NCBI RefSeq assembly: GCF_009914755.1 | Contig: NC_060947.1 | Source of the DNA: the human T2T-CHM13v2.0 reference genome, Homo sapiens | Reading direction: 5' to 3' (one strand) | DNA: 64,000 bases | Part shown: one piece after another, positions 19,016-34,704 of the stretch | How positions within the stretch are numbered: position 1 is the first letter of the stretch | Layout of the letters: the number at the start of each line of letters is the position of its first letter | Translations under genes and position numbers: made by a program | The notes under the pieces: model-generated | Told to the model about the DNA's origin: nothing | What the model saw: only the letters and a program-made list of their open reading frames with translations | Databases searched by the model: none

Positions 19016-20483
19016 TTCCATGGGACATATTTGCCCAGCATCCAGTGATGTAAACTGGATTTCTGTGTGTTTTAAGAGCTGTAAAGGAAGGAATAATTAT
19101 CATTCCTGAAATACCCTTGGTATTTTAGCAAAATAAAAGTTCCCCAGATTTGCTTAATGAATCTTTACAATAAGTAGCAGGGAATTAAGTATCATGGGTG
19201 TGATTTGAGACTTGGATGAATTAAGGGAAAAACTTAAAAGTTGTTAAAACCTTACTACCTCCTGCCAGCTCACCAGACACCTTTAATGCTTCAGGAGCAG
19301 CACACGAAATATAATTTTTGAAGGAGGAGAGTTCCATGTCCACATCTACGCCAATGGAAAAAATAGCTGGGTGGAAAAGACTAGGAAAATGAACAGAGAG
19401 TAATTTTCAAGATTTCCTTTCATTAAAAAACAAAACTTGCTGGTTCAGAGATAAAAGAAAGTGAAGCACTTTTTTTTGTAAAGGAAAGAATTATAAGATT
19501 TGAAGTGAAACATTAATATGAGCAGTAAATGAATAGCTGAAAATATAAGGTAACCTTAGTGGAAAGGGATTTTGAAATTATTCTTTGAAACTCCCTCTTT
19601 CATATGCCTTGTTAATCCGATTTATTTACGTGCATTTAACGTGAGCACAGGGACTCATGCTTTTACTTATGTTATGCAGGATTTGGTGTACAAAGAAATA
19701 TGTCTACCTATACTGATTTTGGTAATTTGTAAAATTAAATGAAGATTATTGGTTATCATGTCTTCCTGGATTTGCAAATACTTGGTATACACCCAGTTTC
19801 AATTGTGGGGAAGTATATTATGGGGAAACTCATGAATCACTGCTTATTTTTTCAAAGCACGTGGAAATTCCACTCACATGAAAAAACATACTTCCACTTA
19901 AAATAGCATAAGTCCAATGGGTGCTTTTGAAACAAATGAATCAAATCAGAATCAAAATTCTCTAGCTCTCTGATCTTCAGTTGTAGAGTTAAAATATTAA
20001 GGGAAATTGCTTAAATGTTGAAAAAATTTTGAACAGATGGCTACCACATAACCATATGGAATCAATGACACTCCCCAAATGCATGAGAAAGCCATTTTAA
20101 AAATTGATGATGCAACTATAGTTGGAATACACACACGTAAACACACACAAAATGACCTATGGCAAGTTTTATTTATACCATGCAAATGTTAAGTTAATCA
20201 TCGCCTCTAGTTAATGCATATCCCAGATTTTCTGACACTGTGGATGAAATCTAGACCCACTTGTTGTTTTTGCAGAGTTACATGGAAATGTTGATTAAAT
20301 CCAAATGGAATCACAGTTTAGCTGAATTAAATGCCAAATGGCTCCGATCACTTCCTGGAGTGAGAGAGAGGGGAAATCATTGCAAATGCAACCTACACAA
20401 TGCCTTCTGTTGAAAATTTAGTGGATACTTGGTTTCACATGGTCACCTCCAAGCAGTAGCTTAGAAAAGTGGTGAAACTTTAC

Positions 20484-21545
20484 AGACAGACAGACAGGGA
20501 GAGAGAGAGAGAGAGAGAGAGGATAAATTAGACAGATAGATAGATGAGATAGATAGAGATGACAAATAGGTGAGATACCTAATTAGATAGACAAATAGAG
20601 ATAGATAGACAGGTGATAGATATAGATAGAGGAATAAGTGACAGACTAGATAGATAAGATAGATAATTAGACAAAGATAGACAGGTGACAGATGAGATGG
20701 ATAATTAATAGATGAGATAAATATAATAGATGAGATAGATAGATAGATAGATAGATAGATAAAATAGGTAGGTACCTAGGTAGAAAGAAAAAGGAAAGAA
20801 AGAAAGAAGAAAGAAAGAAAGAAAAGAAAGAAAGAAAGAGAGAAAGAAAGAAAAGAAAGAAAGAGAGAGAAAGGAAAGAAAGAATACATGGATGGATAGA
20901 TAGGTGGTAGCTAGGTATGTAGATAAATAGATGATAGATAAACAGACAGAATATATGGGTGAATATTTAGATAGATGGATGGAATACATAGATGAAATTG
21001 ATGGATGGATGGATGGATGGATGGATAGGTAGGTAGCTAAGTAGTTAGGTGGCTAGCTGGATAGTGATATAGTTTGGCTGTGTCCCCACCCAAATCTCAT
21101 CTTGAATTGTAACTCCCACAATTGCCATGTGTTGTGGGATGAACCTAGTGGGAGGTGACTGAATTACGGGGGCAGGTCTTTCCTGCCCTGTTCTCATGAT
21201 AGTGAATGAGTCTCACCAGATCTGATGGTTTTAAAAAGGGGAGTTTTCCTGCACAAGCTCCTTCTCTTTGCCTGCTGCCATCCACGTAAGACGTGATTTG
21301 CTCCTCCTCCCCTTCCACCGTGATTGTGAGGCTTCCTCAGGCACGTGGAACTGTAAGTCCAATACTCTCCTTTTCCCGTATAAATTACCCAGTCTTGGGT
21401 ATGTCTTTATCAGCAGCCTGAAAACAGACTAATACAGATAGACGCATAGATAGATAGAAACATTAATTCATACATACATACATAGATGATAGATGATAGA
21501 TAAATAGATACATAGATATATAGATAGAAATAAATAGAAAGAATA
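20484..21545. repeat. Compound microsatellite region: (GA)n, (GATA)n, (GAAA)n, (GGAT)n
   Basis: Directly visible; interrupted by a THE1 LTR. Confidence 0.95.
21065..21436 (+). mobile_element. THE1 MaLR solo LTR
   Basis: tgatatagtttggctgtgtccccacccaaatctc ... cagactaataca; perfect 5-bp TSD gatag. Confidence 0.95.
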
Positions 21546-22532
21546 AACGGTCTGGACAGCAGGATAAAGAACAGAATTTATTGAACCTAAATTCTCCATA
21601 TGCGTCTGAAACAGTGCTAGCCAAAGCCCTTCTCAGATACAAGAGAGGGCCCCTTGATTTTCATTCCCTTGTTCCTCACACTGATACCTCCTTGTTCTCA
21701 GCAGCGAGGTGCTCTGTTTAGCACTAGGAGTCACTGTCCCAGCTCCTAATGCAAGAGACATCTGCAGGTTAGCACTCAACCTTAAAGAAAGAACGTGAAA
21801 GCTGTCAACGCTGTGGAATGGGATGAAGCGGGAGAGCAGGTGACAGCCACCATTACAAGTCCGCTGGCTCCATCAGTGCTCTGTGTGACTTCAGTCCTAC
21901 TCAAGGCAGCCCTCACCTGTGGGCTCTGCACAGTTCTTTTTGGCTTACAAGAGCATGCAGGGATGGCGAGAGAGGATTAAGGCTTCTGCTTGCCTCTGTC
22001 CAACCTTGACCCAACCTTGAGAAAAGAACAGTTTAATGATGTCAGAGACAGCACAAAGAACAGGACTTGCAAGCCAGTTAGACCTGCATTTTAATCTTAG
22101 CTTTAAAGCTCAGTCAAGATATGATCTTCCCACCTTCCTGCACCTCTGAGATATCCTGTTACACGATGGGCGTTGTTCTTCGCAACATCATTTGCATGTC
22201 AATAAGACTGCAGTGCACACATTCAAATACAGGAAGGCTTTGTTTCACACAGACATCACTTTGAGTGAGCCAGGATTGAGCCTCTGACACAGCTCAATTT
22301 ACACAAATAGCAATTTACTCCAAAAATTAACTGATTTTTTAAATAAGGTGTTGACTTACTTTACAGTTTTGTTTTTCAGATGAAAATATTGAGAGGTTTT
22401 TTTTTTCTCTTGTATTCTTTACACTTAGAGTTGGTTTATCACACGGTAGACATCAAGAATTTGTTGAGTGAGTCAACAAAGAATCTAAAATTAATGATGT
22501 TAATACCTGGTGTTGTTTGCCATATGATATAA

Positions 22533-23470
<938 letters not shown>

Positions 23471-23479
23471 ACATTATTA

Positions 23480-23900
23480 TTTTTAATAGACCTTTATTTT
23501 TAGAGCAGTTTTAGGTTTACAGCAAAATCGAGTGGAAAGTACAGAGACTATCCACATACTCTGTGCCCCCAGACACGCACAGCCTCTTCCACTGTCAACA
23601 TCCCCCACTAGAGTGGCGCATTTGCTGCAATCCATGGGCCTACATTGACACATCATCATGACCCAAAGTCCATAGTTTAAGTTCCTGGTTGGTGTTGCGC
23701 ATTCTGAGGGTTTTGACAAATCCATAATGACATGCATCCCACACTATACTATCACACAGCATAGTTTCACTTTTCCTAAAATCCTCTGTGCTCCACCTAT
23801 TTATATCCCTCCTCCCCCAACCTGTATCAACAACCGATCTTTTTATTGTCTCCGTAGTTTTGTTTTTTCCAGAATGTCATATAATTGAAAGCATGCAGCA
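23480..23900 (-). mobile_element. L1MC-type 3'UTR fragment
   Basis: tttttagagcagttttaggtttacagcaaaatcgagtggaaagtacagag...gggttttgacaaat. Confidence 0.85.
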
Positions 23901-24308
23901 GAGAGTTAACTTTAAAAAATAACATTCTGAATTATTTCTTTTGGAAAGAAAACATTATTTTTTAGTCAAGATGAAGTTTAAATAACTACTCTGTGTCAGA
24001 CATTGTATATACCTTACCTAATTTAGTTGTTAACATCTTTGTGAATAAAGTGTTCGCATCCTCATTTTACACTACAGCTCAGAGAACCCAAATTCAGGCA
24101 GGGTATGCATGTGAGCTTCTTTGCTTTTGAGCCCTTTGCTGTTGACTCTACATTTGTTTTTGGAAACTCCAGGTCTGCCATTGGCCATCAGAATACCTTG
24201 ATCTTGACTTTGACCTTAGGCTTCATTTATTTCTATCCAGGTACCATTAAACAGGTTGAAGCCACCACGAAGTTGAGATTTCCTACACACAAAATGTTCT
24301 TATGAGCA

Positions 24309-24724
<416 letters not shown>

Positions 24725-25459
24725 TTATTGCATATTTGATGGGCAAGTGAAGAAGAAGACCAAAAGAATTTTGGAGAAATGCCTCGTGTAGATAGAGTTA
24801 GTAGTTAGAGAAATCAAATGAGAGAGAGGACCTTATTTAGAAATGAAAGTCTACCTGGGTTACCTAGATATATTAGAGAAGTTTTGGTTTTTCACTTGGT
24901 AGAATACTGGTAAATAATTCTTTCCTTTCCCTTTAACATCTTAATGTGAATTTTATTGCAATTTTCTTATTGGGAAAATCAAAGTAAAACCATAAGAGGT
25001 TGTGGGTCTCGTGAAACTCTACTTAACATAAAGCAGAAAGTATTGAGATACACGGAGAAGCTCTGAGGGGCTCAGTGGGTCTCTCTTTCCCTGGACTGTG
25101 TTACATGCATGAATTCACACTGGAATTCCAGATACAGCATCCTTTTTGTTGAAATGCTTTTCAGGCAGGCTCTGTAGGGACCTTTCTCAGAATCAATGAC
25201 TGGTGACACCTCTTCGTAGCCTGCACTTATATTTGGAATCCATATAACCTCCTTGCATGCAAATACACAAAGATGGAAATGCCACATCTAGCCGTAATTA
25301 AAGAGAGTGAAAGGTGGATAATTGCTGCTGTAATCAATTGTGTTTCTATGAAAATGCTTAGGCATAATTTTACCAAATTAATATTACAGTAACTATGTAC
25401 TTGAGTCAACTTCTACTCAGTTCATTTGGGTTTAAAAGAAACACAGAGATGAGCCAGTT

Positions 25460-25670
25460 TTTACCGAGAAAGGCACACACAGTAATATTTTTAGTTCTTA
25501 CAGCTGGTCATGAAGAAAAGAGGTTCTGGATTCTATGATCCACCTTGAAAAAAAAGAAATTCTAGTTTCTATGGGGAAAATTTAACTGCTATGGAGAAAT
25601 TCTAATTTCTTGGGGGAGAATGAGGTGCCAAAGACAGGAAGGGAGGAGGAGTTCAGACAGAAGACATTCA
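25460..25670 (-). mobile_element. MER31-like LTR fragment
   Basis: ggttctggattctatgatccaccttg...ttctagtttctatgg...gggggagaatgagg; similar to 29400-29490. Confidence 0.5.
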
Positions 25671-25791
25671 TGCAGGAAGTACAACACACACACACACACA
25701 CACACACATGCACACGCACATACATTCACACAAACACAAGAGGAGTAGGGTGGACACTTCAATAAAAGCAAGGACTAGAATGAAAAAATGC

Positions 25792-26177
<386 letters not shown>

Positions 26178-27533
26178 TTACAGGTGGTGAAGACAGATTA
26201 AAATAAAGCAGAGAAAGTTGTTAGCTTGGGGGTGGTCCTCATAATATGCAGACAATCAAGGTAAGTTGCTGTGTGATGATAATGGAAATGTGGATGTGAA
26301 GGTCAACAAAAAACAACGACATCACCTGTTTTGCAATTGCCCACTTCTGGTGTCTAATGGTCACCAAATGCTTCCATAGGCAATAGGAGATGAAGGGTGG
26401 GTGGGAAAAATAAAATGGCAATAAGAAACTATCCAAAGACATGAGGGTAACCTCCAGGCATTGCTGAGAGTGAGGGTAGAAAACAACAGTGCTAAAATGC
26501 ACACATGATTACCATTTTGGATTCTCAACAAAGACTGGGGTTTTCATTTGTAAAGACTGTTAACTAATGTGCTCTTGAATTCCGTCATCCCTGCTGCCCA
26601 GATCTCCTGCACTGCCAAAAATTTAGCCAGAAAATCCGTGCGAGTCATCCTGCTAGTCTCCATAGACTAGAAATAAAAGTTAACTTGTTCCAAAACTTTT
26701 CTAATTAGATTGATTGAATTGTACTGTGCCTCAAAGTCATTTCTTTTCCAGCTCATTAAGCTCATCCTATAAAAACATATGACATTGTTCATATTCATTG
26801 CAAGTGGATTAATTATCCAGTATGAATTGTAGGTTCCAAATGCATTGAATCATATCATCATGGTGGGTGTAGTTTTTTAAAATCACTTCCAAAAGAGAGA
26901 CATTTATTTTTGTCGGTTTCTTTGAGCCTCTCCTCATCTAAATGCTGTAAAGACAGAAAAAAATCCCGACACAATTTTTATAACTAGTGTAAGTATGTTG
27001 ATAAATCCCACGATAATTCCCTCCACTGTTATTAGTTAAGAATTAAACTTTGTTATGCAAATGAATCAATATTGAGACATACATGTCAAATAGGGAACAA
27101 AATGTCTTAAAACTTATTTTTTCTGCAGAGTTTTCTTTTTCCAAAGTGTACAAAAGTCTATCATTCTTGGATGTTTTCTTAAGTTTATTAATAACTTTGA
27201 ACACCACCTTTATCGATTTTTAGAATTGTTAACCAGGATTTCTTGACAAACAGGTTATGCTGATTTGAATCAGGCCATCAATTGAAAAAAATGCCTAAAG
27301 TTTTAATATTTAAGTGTGCTGAAATAAACTGGTGTCACCCTAAGTAACAGAGAAAGCCTCTGTAAAAGAAAAGATATTTATTTGGGAATGTAGCATTGCA
27401 GTGGAAATTCGCATGCCATAGGAAACTATGTGCATATTTGGTGGGGGAAGGAAGACAAAGATTTTTTGTAAGAGAAGTATTACTTAATTGTTTTGAAATA
27501 ATTATCTGTGGCTACAAAGATCGATAACAAAGA

Positions 27534-27672
27534 TGGGACAGGCACGGTGGCTCACACCTATAGTCCCAGCACTTTGGGAAGCCAAGGCAGGAGGATTACG
27601 TGAGCCCAGGAGTTCAAGATCAGCCAGGGCAATATAGTGAGACCCTGTCTCTACAAAAAAAAAAAAAAAAAA
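27534..27672 (+). mobile_element. FLAM/Alu left monomer
   Basis: Alu left arm whose A-tail runs into the purine tract. Confidence 0.9.
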
Positions 27673-27972
27673 AGAAAAGAAAGGAAAGAAACAAAGACAG
27701 GAAAGAAAGAAACAAGCAAAAAATAACAAAGAAAGGAGAGACAAAAAAGAAAGAAAGAGAAGAAAGAAGAAGAAAGGAGAAGAAGAAGAAGGAGGAGGAG
27801 GAGGAAGAAGAAGGAGGAGGAGGAGGTGGGGGAGGAAGAGGAAGGAGGGAAAAAGACAAAGAAAGGAGAGAAAGAAAAAGAAAGAAAGAAAAGAAAAAGA
27901 AAGAAAGGAAAAAAATAGAAGGAAAGAGGACAGACAGAGGAAAAAAAGAAAGAAAAAGAAAGACAAGGGTGA
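27672..27972. repeat. Polypurine low-complexity tract (GAAA/GAA/GGA)
   Basis: Directly visible. Confidence 0.95.
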
Positions 27973-27973
27973 A

Positions 27974-29212
27974 AAAGGAAGTGTGTCTTTCTCAGGAGAG
28001 TAACAGGAAGTGTGTCCTGCACAGGACAAGAATAGAAATTGTGTGCTGCACAGGGTAGGAACAGGAAGTGTGTCCTGCGAAGAAGAGACACAGGAAGCGT
28101 GTCTCACAAAGAGGAGGAACAGGAAGTGTGTTCTGTACAGGGAGAAACAAGAAGTGTATCCTGCACAAGAGAGGAACAGAAAGTGTGTGCTGCACAGGGG
28201 AGAAATAGGAAGTGTGTCCTGCACAAGGGCGACACAGGAAATGTGTCCAGTGCAGGGGAGACACAGGAAGTGTTTCCTGAAAAGGGGAGGTATAGGAAGT
28301 GTGTCCTGAACAAAGGATGAACAGAAGGTGTGTCCTGTACAGGAGAGGAACAGAAAGTGTGTGCTTCACTGATAGGAGTAAGAAGTGTGTCCTGCAAAAA
28401 CGAAGTGCAGGAGGTGTGTCCTGCACAGGGAAAGAACAGGAAATTTGTCATGCACAGGAGAGACACAAAAAGTGCATCCTACACAGGGGAGAAACAGGAA
28501 GAGTGAGTCTCATGAGAGTAACAGGAAGTGTGTCCTGCACAGGGGAGACAAGGAAGTGTATCCTTCACACGGGAGACACAGGAAGTGTGTCCTGCACAGA
28601 GGAGGAACAGGAAGTGTATCCTTCACAGGGGAGATACAGGAAGTGTGTCCTGCACAGAGTGGGACCAAGAAGTGTGTCTCAGGAGAGTAACAGGAAGTGA
28701 GTCCTTCACAGGAAAGACACAGGAAGTGTGTCTTGCACAGGGGAGGTACAGGAAGTGTGTCTGTCTCAGGAGAGTAACAAGAAGTCTGTCCTGCAGAGGG
28801 AAGGAACAGAAAGTGTGTCTGCCTTAGGATAGTAACAAGAAGTCTGTCCTGCAGAGGGAAGGAACAGAAAGTGTATGTTCCACAGGGGAGGAACAGGAAG
28901 TGTGTCCTGCAAGGGGAGACACGGAACGTGTGTCCTGCACAGGGCAGGAACGGGAAGTGTGTCTTGCACAGAGGATAAACAGGATGTTTCTCCTGCACAC
29001 GGGAGTCACAAGAAGTGTGTCCTGCACAGAAAAGAAACAGGAAGTGTATGCCATACAGGGGAGAAAGAGGAAATTTGTTTTTTACAGAAGAGAAATAGAA
29101 AGTGTATTCTGCACAGGGGAGGAACAGAAAATGTGTCCTTCACAGGGGGACACAGGAAGTGTGTCCTGCACAAGGGAGGAACAGAAAGTTTGTCCCTTAC
29201 AGGAGAGAAAAA
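27974..29212 (+). repeat. 29-bp minisatellite, ~43 diverged copies, consensus ACAGGAAGTGTGTCCTGCACAGGGGAGGA
   Basis: Unit starts at 28003, 28032 and 28061 (period 29). Confidence 0.95.
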
Positions 29213-29220
29213 GGTAGTGG

Positions 29221-29313
29221 CCCATGTTGGTCTCGAACTCCTGACTCAAGGGATCCTCCAGCCTTGGCCTCCCAAAATGCAGGAATTACAGGCATAAGCC
29301 ACTGTTCCTGACC
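29221..29313 (-). mobile_element. Alu left-arm fragment
   Basis: tggtctcgaactcctgactcaagggatcctccagccttggcctcccaaaatgc. Confidence 0.85.
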
Positions 29314-29493
29314 CTCAGATCATTTCTTTATGGCCAGTTTTTACTTGGAAAGGCAGGTGGAGGGAATTAGAGTTATATTTTTAGGTTTTATGCTTGGCTT
29401 TGGGGAAAAGGGGGTCTTGTTTCTAGGACTCGCCTTGGGGAGGAGGGTTTCTAATTTCTACCGTGCCTTGGGTCAGAGTGGGACTGAGATACT

Positions 29494-29844
29494 CAAGATG
29501 GCGAGTAAAGTGATGTCTGATCGTCCTCACTGCTACACTCCTACCAGCGCCATGACAGTTTACAAATGCCATGGCAACGTCAGGTAGTTACCCCATACAG
29601 TGGAAAAAGAGGAGACAGGAATAATCCACCCCTTGTTTAGCATATCATCAAGAAATAACCATAAAAATGGGCAACCAGCAGCCCTCAGGGCTATTCTTGT
29701 CTATGGAGTAGCCGTTCTTTTGTTCCTTTACTTTCGTAATAAACTTGCTTTCACTTTACTCTATAGACTCGCCCCGAATTCTTTCTTGCGCCAGATCCAA
29801 GAACCCTCTCTTGGGGTCTGTTTCCTGGACCCCTTTCCTGTAAC
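29494..29844 (+). mobile_element. MER41A LTR, 3' half only
   Basis: caagatggcgag...gtcctcactgctacactc...gacccctttcctgtaaca matches the recalled MER41A consensus. Confidence 0.88.
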
Positions 29845-30049
29845 AATATTTGTTCAAAATAAATCTCTTCAAATATTTTACAGACTTTGACTCTTTTCAT
29901 TGACATTCCTGTGAGTCAGGGGTGAGAAAAATAATGACGTTTTTGGGAAGAGAGAAAAAACCTGTACCTGATGGAACACAAGGATTTGTTTTCTCTCTCA
30001 TCCTGGGCCCGTTGGCTTTTTAAGTATAGCTACCCCAGGTATTTGTGCG

Positions 30050-30565
30050 TGCTCTCTCTCTCTCTCCTTTTCTTTCTCTCTCTCTCATACACATTCCCCC
30101 CTTTTCCTTCCCCCCTTCCTTTTTCCCTCTCTTTTCTCTACCTGTCTTCCTCCCTTGTCTCTCCTTACTTTCTTTCTTCTCTCTCTCTGCTTCTCTTTTC
30201 TCCCTGGTCTCTCTCTCTCTCTCTCTCCCTCTCTCCCTCTCTTCTTCCTATCCTCTCTCTTCTCTCTCTGTCTCTAACTTTGTTTCTCATATTCTCTTCT
30301 CTCTCTCTCCACTTTTTCTCTCCTTTCTGACTTCCTTACTCTTTCTTTCCCCTCTCTCCTTCTCCTTTTCTTCCCCATCTCCTCCTCTTCCTCCTTTCTT
30401 CTCCTTCTTTCTTCTTCTCTTTCTCCTCCTTTTCTTTTCCTCTCTTGTCTTCCTCTCTCTTTCTCTTTCTCTTCTTTTCCCTCTCTCTTCTCTCTGTCTC
30501 TCATTTTTCTTATTCTCTCTCTGTCTCTCTCTGTCTTCCTCTCTCCCGCTCACCTCTCCTTTTCC
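30050..30565. repeat. Polypyrimidine (CT-rich) tract, ~500 bp
   Basis: Directly visible. Confidence 0.95.
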
Positions 30566-30667
30566 ATTAAAGTCTGCAAAGAGTTCCCATTTCTTCTAGC
30601 AATTGAGATTTCTAGACATCACCAGGGTGGCTCATATATACCCTAGGATGTGATTACCTATTTGGGC

Positions 30668-31220
30668 TGTTGAAGGAGTGAAGGATGTGCCTTCCCAAAA
30701 TATGCTGGATTGGTATCTTGCATATTTTGAGAAATTGTACACTAGAGAAATTGTAGTTTCAGAAAGTGCTAGCCGACCTGTTTCTTCCTGTAGGCAGCAA
30801 GCCATAAAGATTCCTTTGGGAGGGGACTCCTCCCCGTACCAGGGTGAGAAAATAGCTCTCATCACCAGAGACTGGGCTTTGGAACCTGCAGTGGACCTCA
30901 ACAAATGCACTTCCCACTAGTTTAACCCCTCCTATATATCTCCTTGTGACTTTCCCAGAAATTCACTGCCCCTAGCCAGATCCCCTTTGTTTTTCATTTC
31001 TTCTCAAATTTGTCATTCTTTGTTTAAAAAGTATAAAAGCATCTTGGTTTGGTCACCTCTTTGAACATCACGCTTAGGAAGATCCCCATGGTCCGTGGAA
31101 AATGAACAAAATCTGTATGTTTTCCTTTGTTAATCTGCCTAGCATCGACTTGGTTTCTAGTTGCAGCTACAGAGCTCACTAAGAGCTAAAGGAGGTTGAA
31201 GGGGACCTCTGGCTCCCCCT
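30668..31220 (+). mobile_element. MER34-group ERV1 LTR
   Basis: gatgtgccttcccaaaatatgc start; tataaaagc; aatctgtatgttttcctttgttaatctg near the end. Confidence 0.6.
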
Positions 31221-31614
31221 CCCCCATGCCATGCACACAAGGGAGCTGACCCACTGACCCCCTGGACGACTCATGGACAGCTCAGTGGGACGGGAGCTTT
31301 GGAGGTCATAGGAGTGTTTATGCAGACCCCAGAGTGGCTTCCTAGGAGGAACAGGATTCAGCAGATCAAAGTTTCCCAGCATCTGTGATAGTCTGAGGCC
31401 AGCAGGAGGGAAGGAAAACAAAGACTCTCAACCCCAGCCCCAGGTGTCATGAACATTCATGGGGGAGAAAGGGAGCAGAGAGTGTTGAGTCTCTGAAGAG
31501 GGGACAGTGGAAAACAGCTCTAAGCAGAAATTGCCGGCTTCACTTCACTTCTGTGCCTTTTCCCTCTGCTGTCTCCTGAATTACATTTGTTTTTCCACAA
31601 AAGAAAAAGAAAGA

Positions 31615-32584
<970 letters not shown>

Positions 32585-33247
32585 TAGCACTAATGGTTTC
32601 CACCTTGTGAGGGGTGAGGCTGTTTTCTCCCAACCATATGGGAATATGCATGTTAGGACTTTTCGTGGTATAAGCTCTAATGGGATTTCCAAGTAAGAAA
32701 AAATTTGCTAGTCTCAGGATTTTAGTTTTGTTGCTACACCTTTTCACGTTTCTGTGGGGTGGTGAGGTAGGAGGAATGTCTCTTTTTCCCTTTTAATTTT
32801 TGAAACTGCCTTTTCTTCTTTTTAAGGATGAGTGTTCACAAATTGTAAAAACTTCCATGAAGCATGAACAAGGTGAGTCACAGCCTCGTGAGTCTCTATA
32901 GTTGCCAGCGTTGACTGAAGTGATTGTAGGGAGAGTAAGAGCACCTGTCTTCATCCTTTACTGCTCCATTCTGAAAGCTCCATTTTATTTTCCAAAAATG
33001 TACCCCATAATTCACTGCTCCCTTCTCCATTGGAGCCTTGCAGTATCAAAACATAATTTAATATTTTTGCCACTGTGGTATAAAAAAAGAACAGACAAGT
33101 CTGTGAGTTTGCAAGGACACTGGACTTTTTACTCTTTCCAATGCAACTTGGGAGACTGTCATCTGGATTAGGATGTGGGCAAAATTTGGTTTTCATCTCT
33201 CACAGGGGTTACAGACCTTGGGATCCTGGTAAACACACATAGACTCT

Positions 33248-33315
33248 CACACACACACAGTCACACACACACAAACATACACACACACACACACACACAG
33301 TCACACACATACCAC
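33248..33315. repeat. Interrupted (CA)n microsatellite
   Basis: Directly visible. Confidence 0.9.
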
Positions 33316-34227
33316 AAACAATGTTTTTTTCTGCAAGAGACACTTTTCTGTTTTATTATTCTTTTTATTGCTTGTTTTTTATTTTACTTCTATTTTCCCA
33401 CCAGAAATAGTGGCTTCAAAGCCATAAGGTTAACACTTGAAAAAACAAAAACAAAGCATAGAGAACGGTGCAAATTTGATTCATTTTTTTTTCTTTCAAT
33501 CTTCCAAAGTGGATGTAGAAGGGTATAAAATAAAAGTTGAAGAACTAAAGTTTTCATCAAAACCTGTGGTGTTAGGGTGTAGGTTTTTATTTTATTATTT
33601 TATTTTCCTGAAAAGAGTTAAAGGAAATATTTTTTTTCTGGGAAGGGTGAAGTTTCTGTGAGTGTTTTGTGGGTTTAGAGATTGAATAAATCAGGAAGAC
33701 AACAGATGTTTGGTGTGATTAGCAGGTCTGATTGAATGGAACCAGCTTTGAAGTCTAATTGAAGACATTTGACATTAAAACGCCAAGATTATTTAGGTGC
33801 TTCACAAAATAAAATTAAAAATGAGAGCCAGTAAAGGAAAAACACATAATATGAAACATTTGTTGGCCAGGTGAGAGACTATGCTGATGAAATTATTATT
33901 GGCATCCGAAGACTCCACTTTGATTGAAATTTATTTAAATTTTCCATTCTACTCAGTGGTGTTCTGCTGAAAACAGTAAAAATTTGTGGAATATGAAAAA
34001 TAAGCTTAAGTACCTTTTTCAAAATCAGTAGATGTGACTAGAAGAATTTAAAACAAGATACACAATTAACAACTATTTGGAGAAGAAAGATGAAGAGGGA
34101 GGTGAATGGGAAATGAATTTCTTATATTTCAGATTTGGAAGTCAAAACATCCTGCTTAAAAGAGATTGGCATATAAATACAGCTATCTTGCATAAAATTT
34201 CAGAGAGTATCATTCAAGAATTTAAAA

Positions 34228-34530
<303 letters not shown>

Positions 34531-34704
34531 TAAAGACTGAAAAGGCAAAAGGGATTTCTATGACCTCCCATTTGACCATATCTAGAAGGGGAGAGGGAAA
34601 TACTTTCCACATATTTTTACCTTTGTGAACTATTGTGTTTTTATGGCTGTCTTGCAGGTATCAATGTTTCACCTTGGAACAGGGAACCAAAATAGTACAT
34701 AAAG

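Larger units (their letters stand above)
27315..29492 (-). mobile_element. MER31-like ERV1 LTR split (27315-27533 and ~29315-29492) by Alu monomers, a purine tract and a minisatellite
   Basis: gatatttatttgggaatgtagcattgcagtgg on the left; gactcgccttggggaggagggtttctaatttcta on the right. Confidence 0.55.

Noticed and set aside
27974-29212. CRISPR-like regular repeats
   Set aside because: Units are contiguous with no unique spacers, there are no cas genes, and the DNA is human.
27502-29311. Many overlapping 70-240 aa ORFs with repeated RKCVLHRG / GHTSC motifs
   Set aside because: They result from translating the 29-bp minisatellite and purine tract. The period is not a multiple of 3 and ORFs appear on both strands in several frames.
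29971-30599. Ser/Leu/Phe-rich and Arg/Glu-rich ORFs
   Set aside because: Low-complexity CT tract that happens to lack stop codons.
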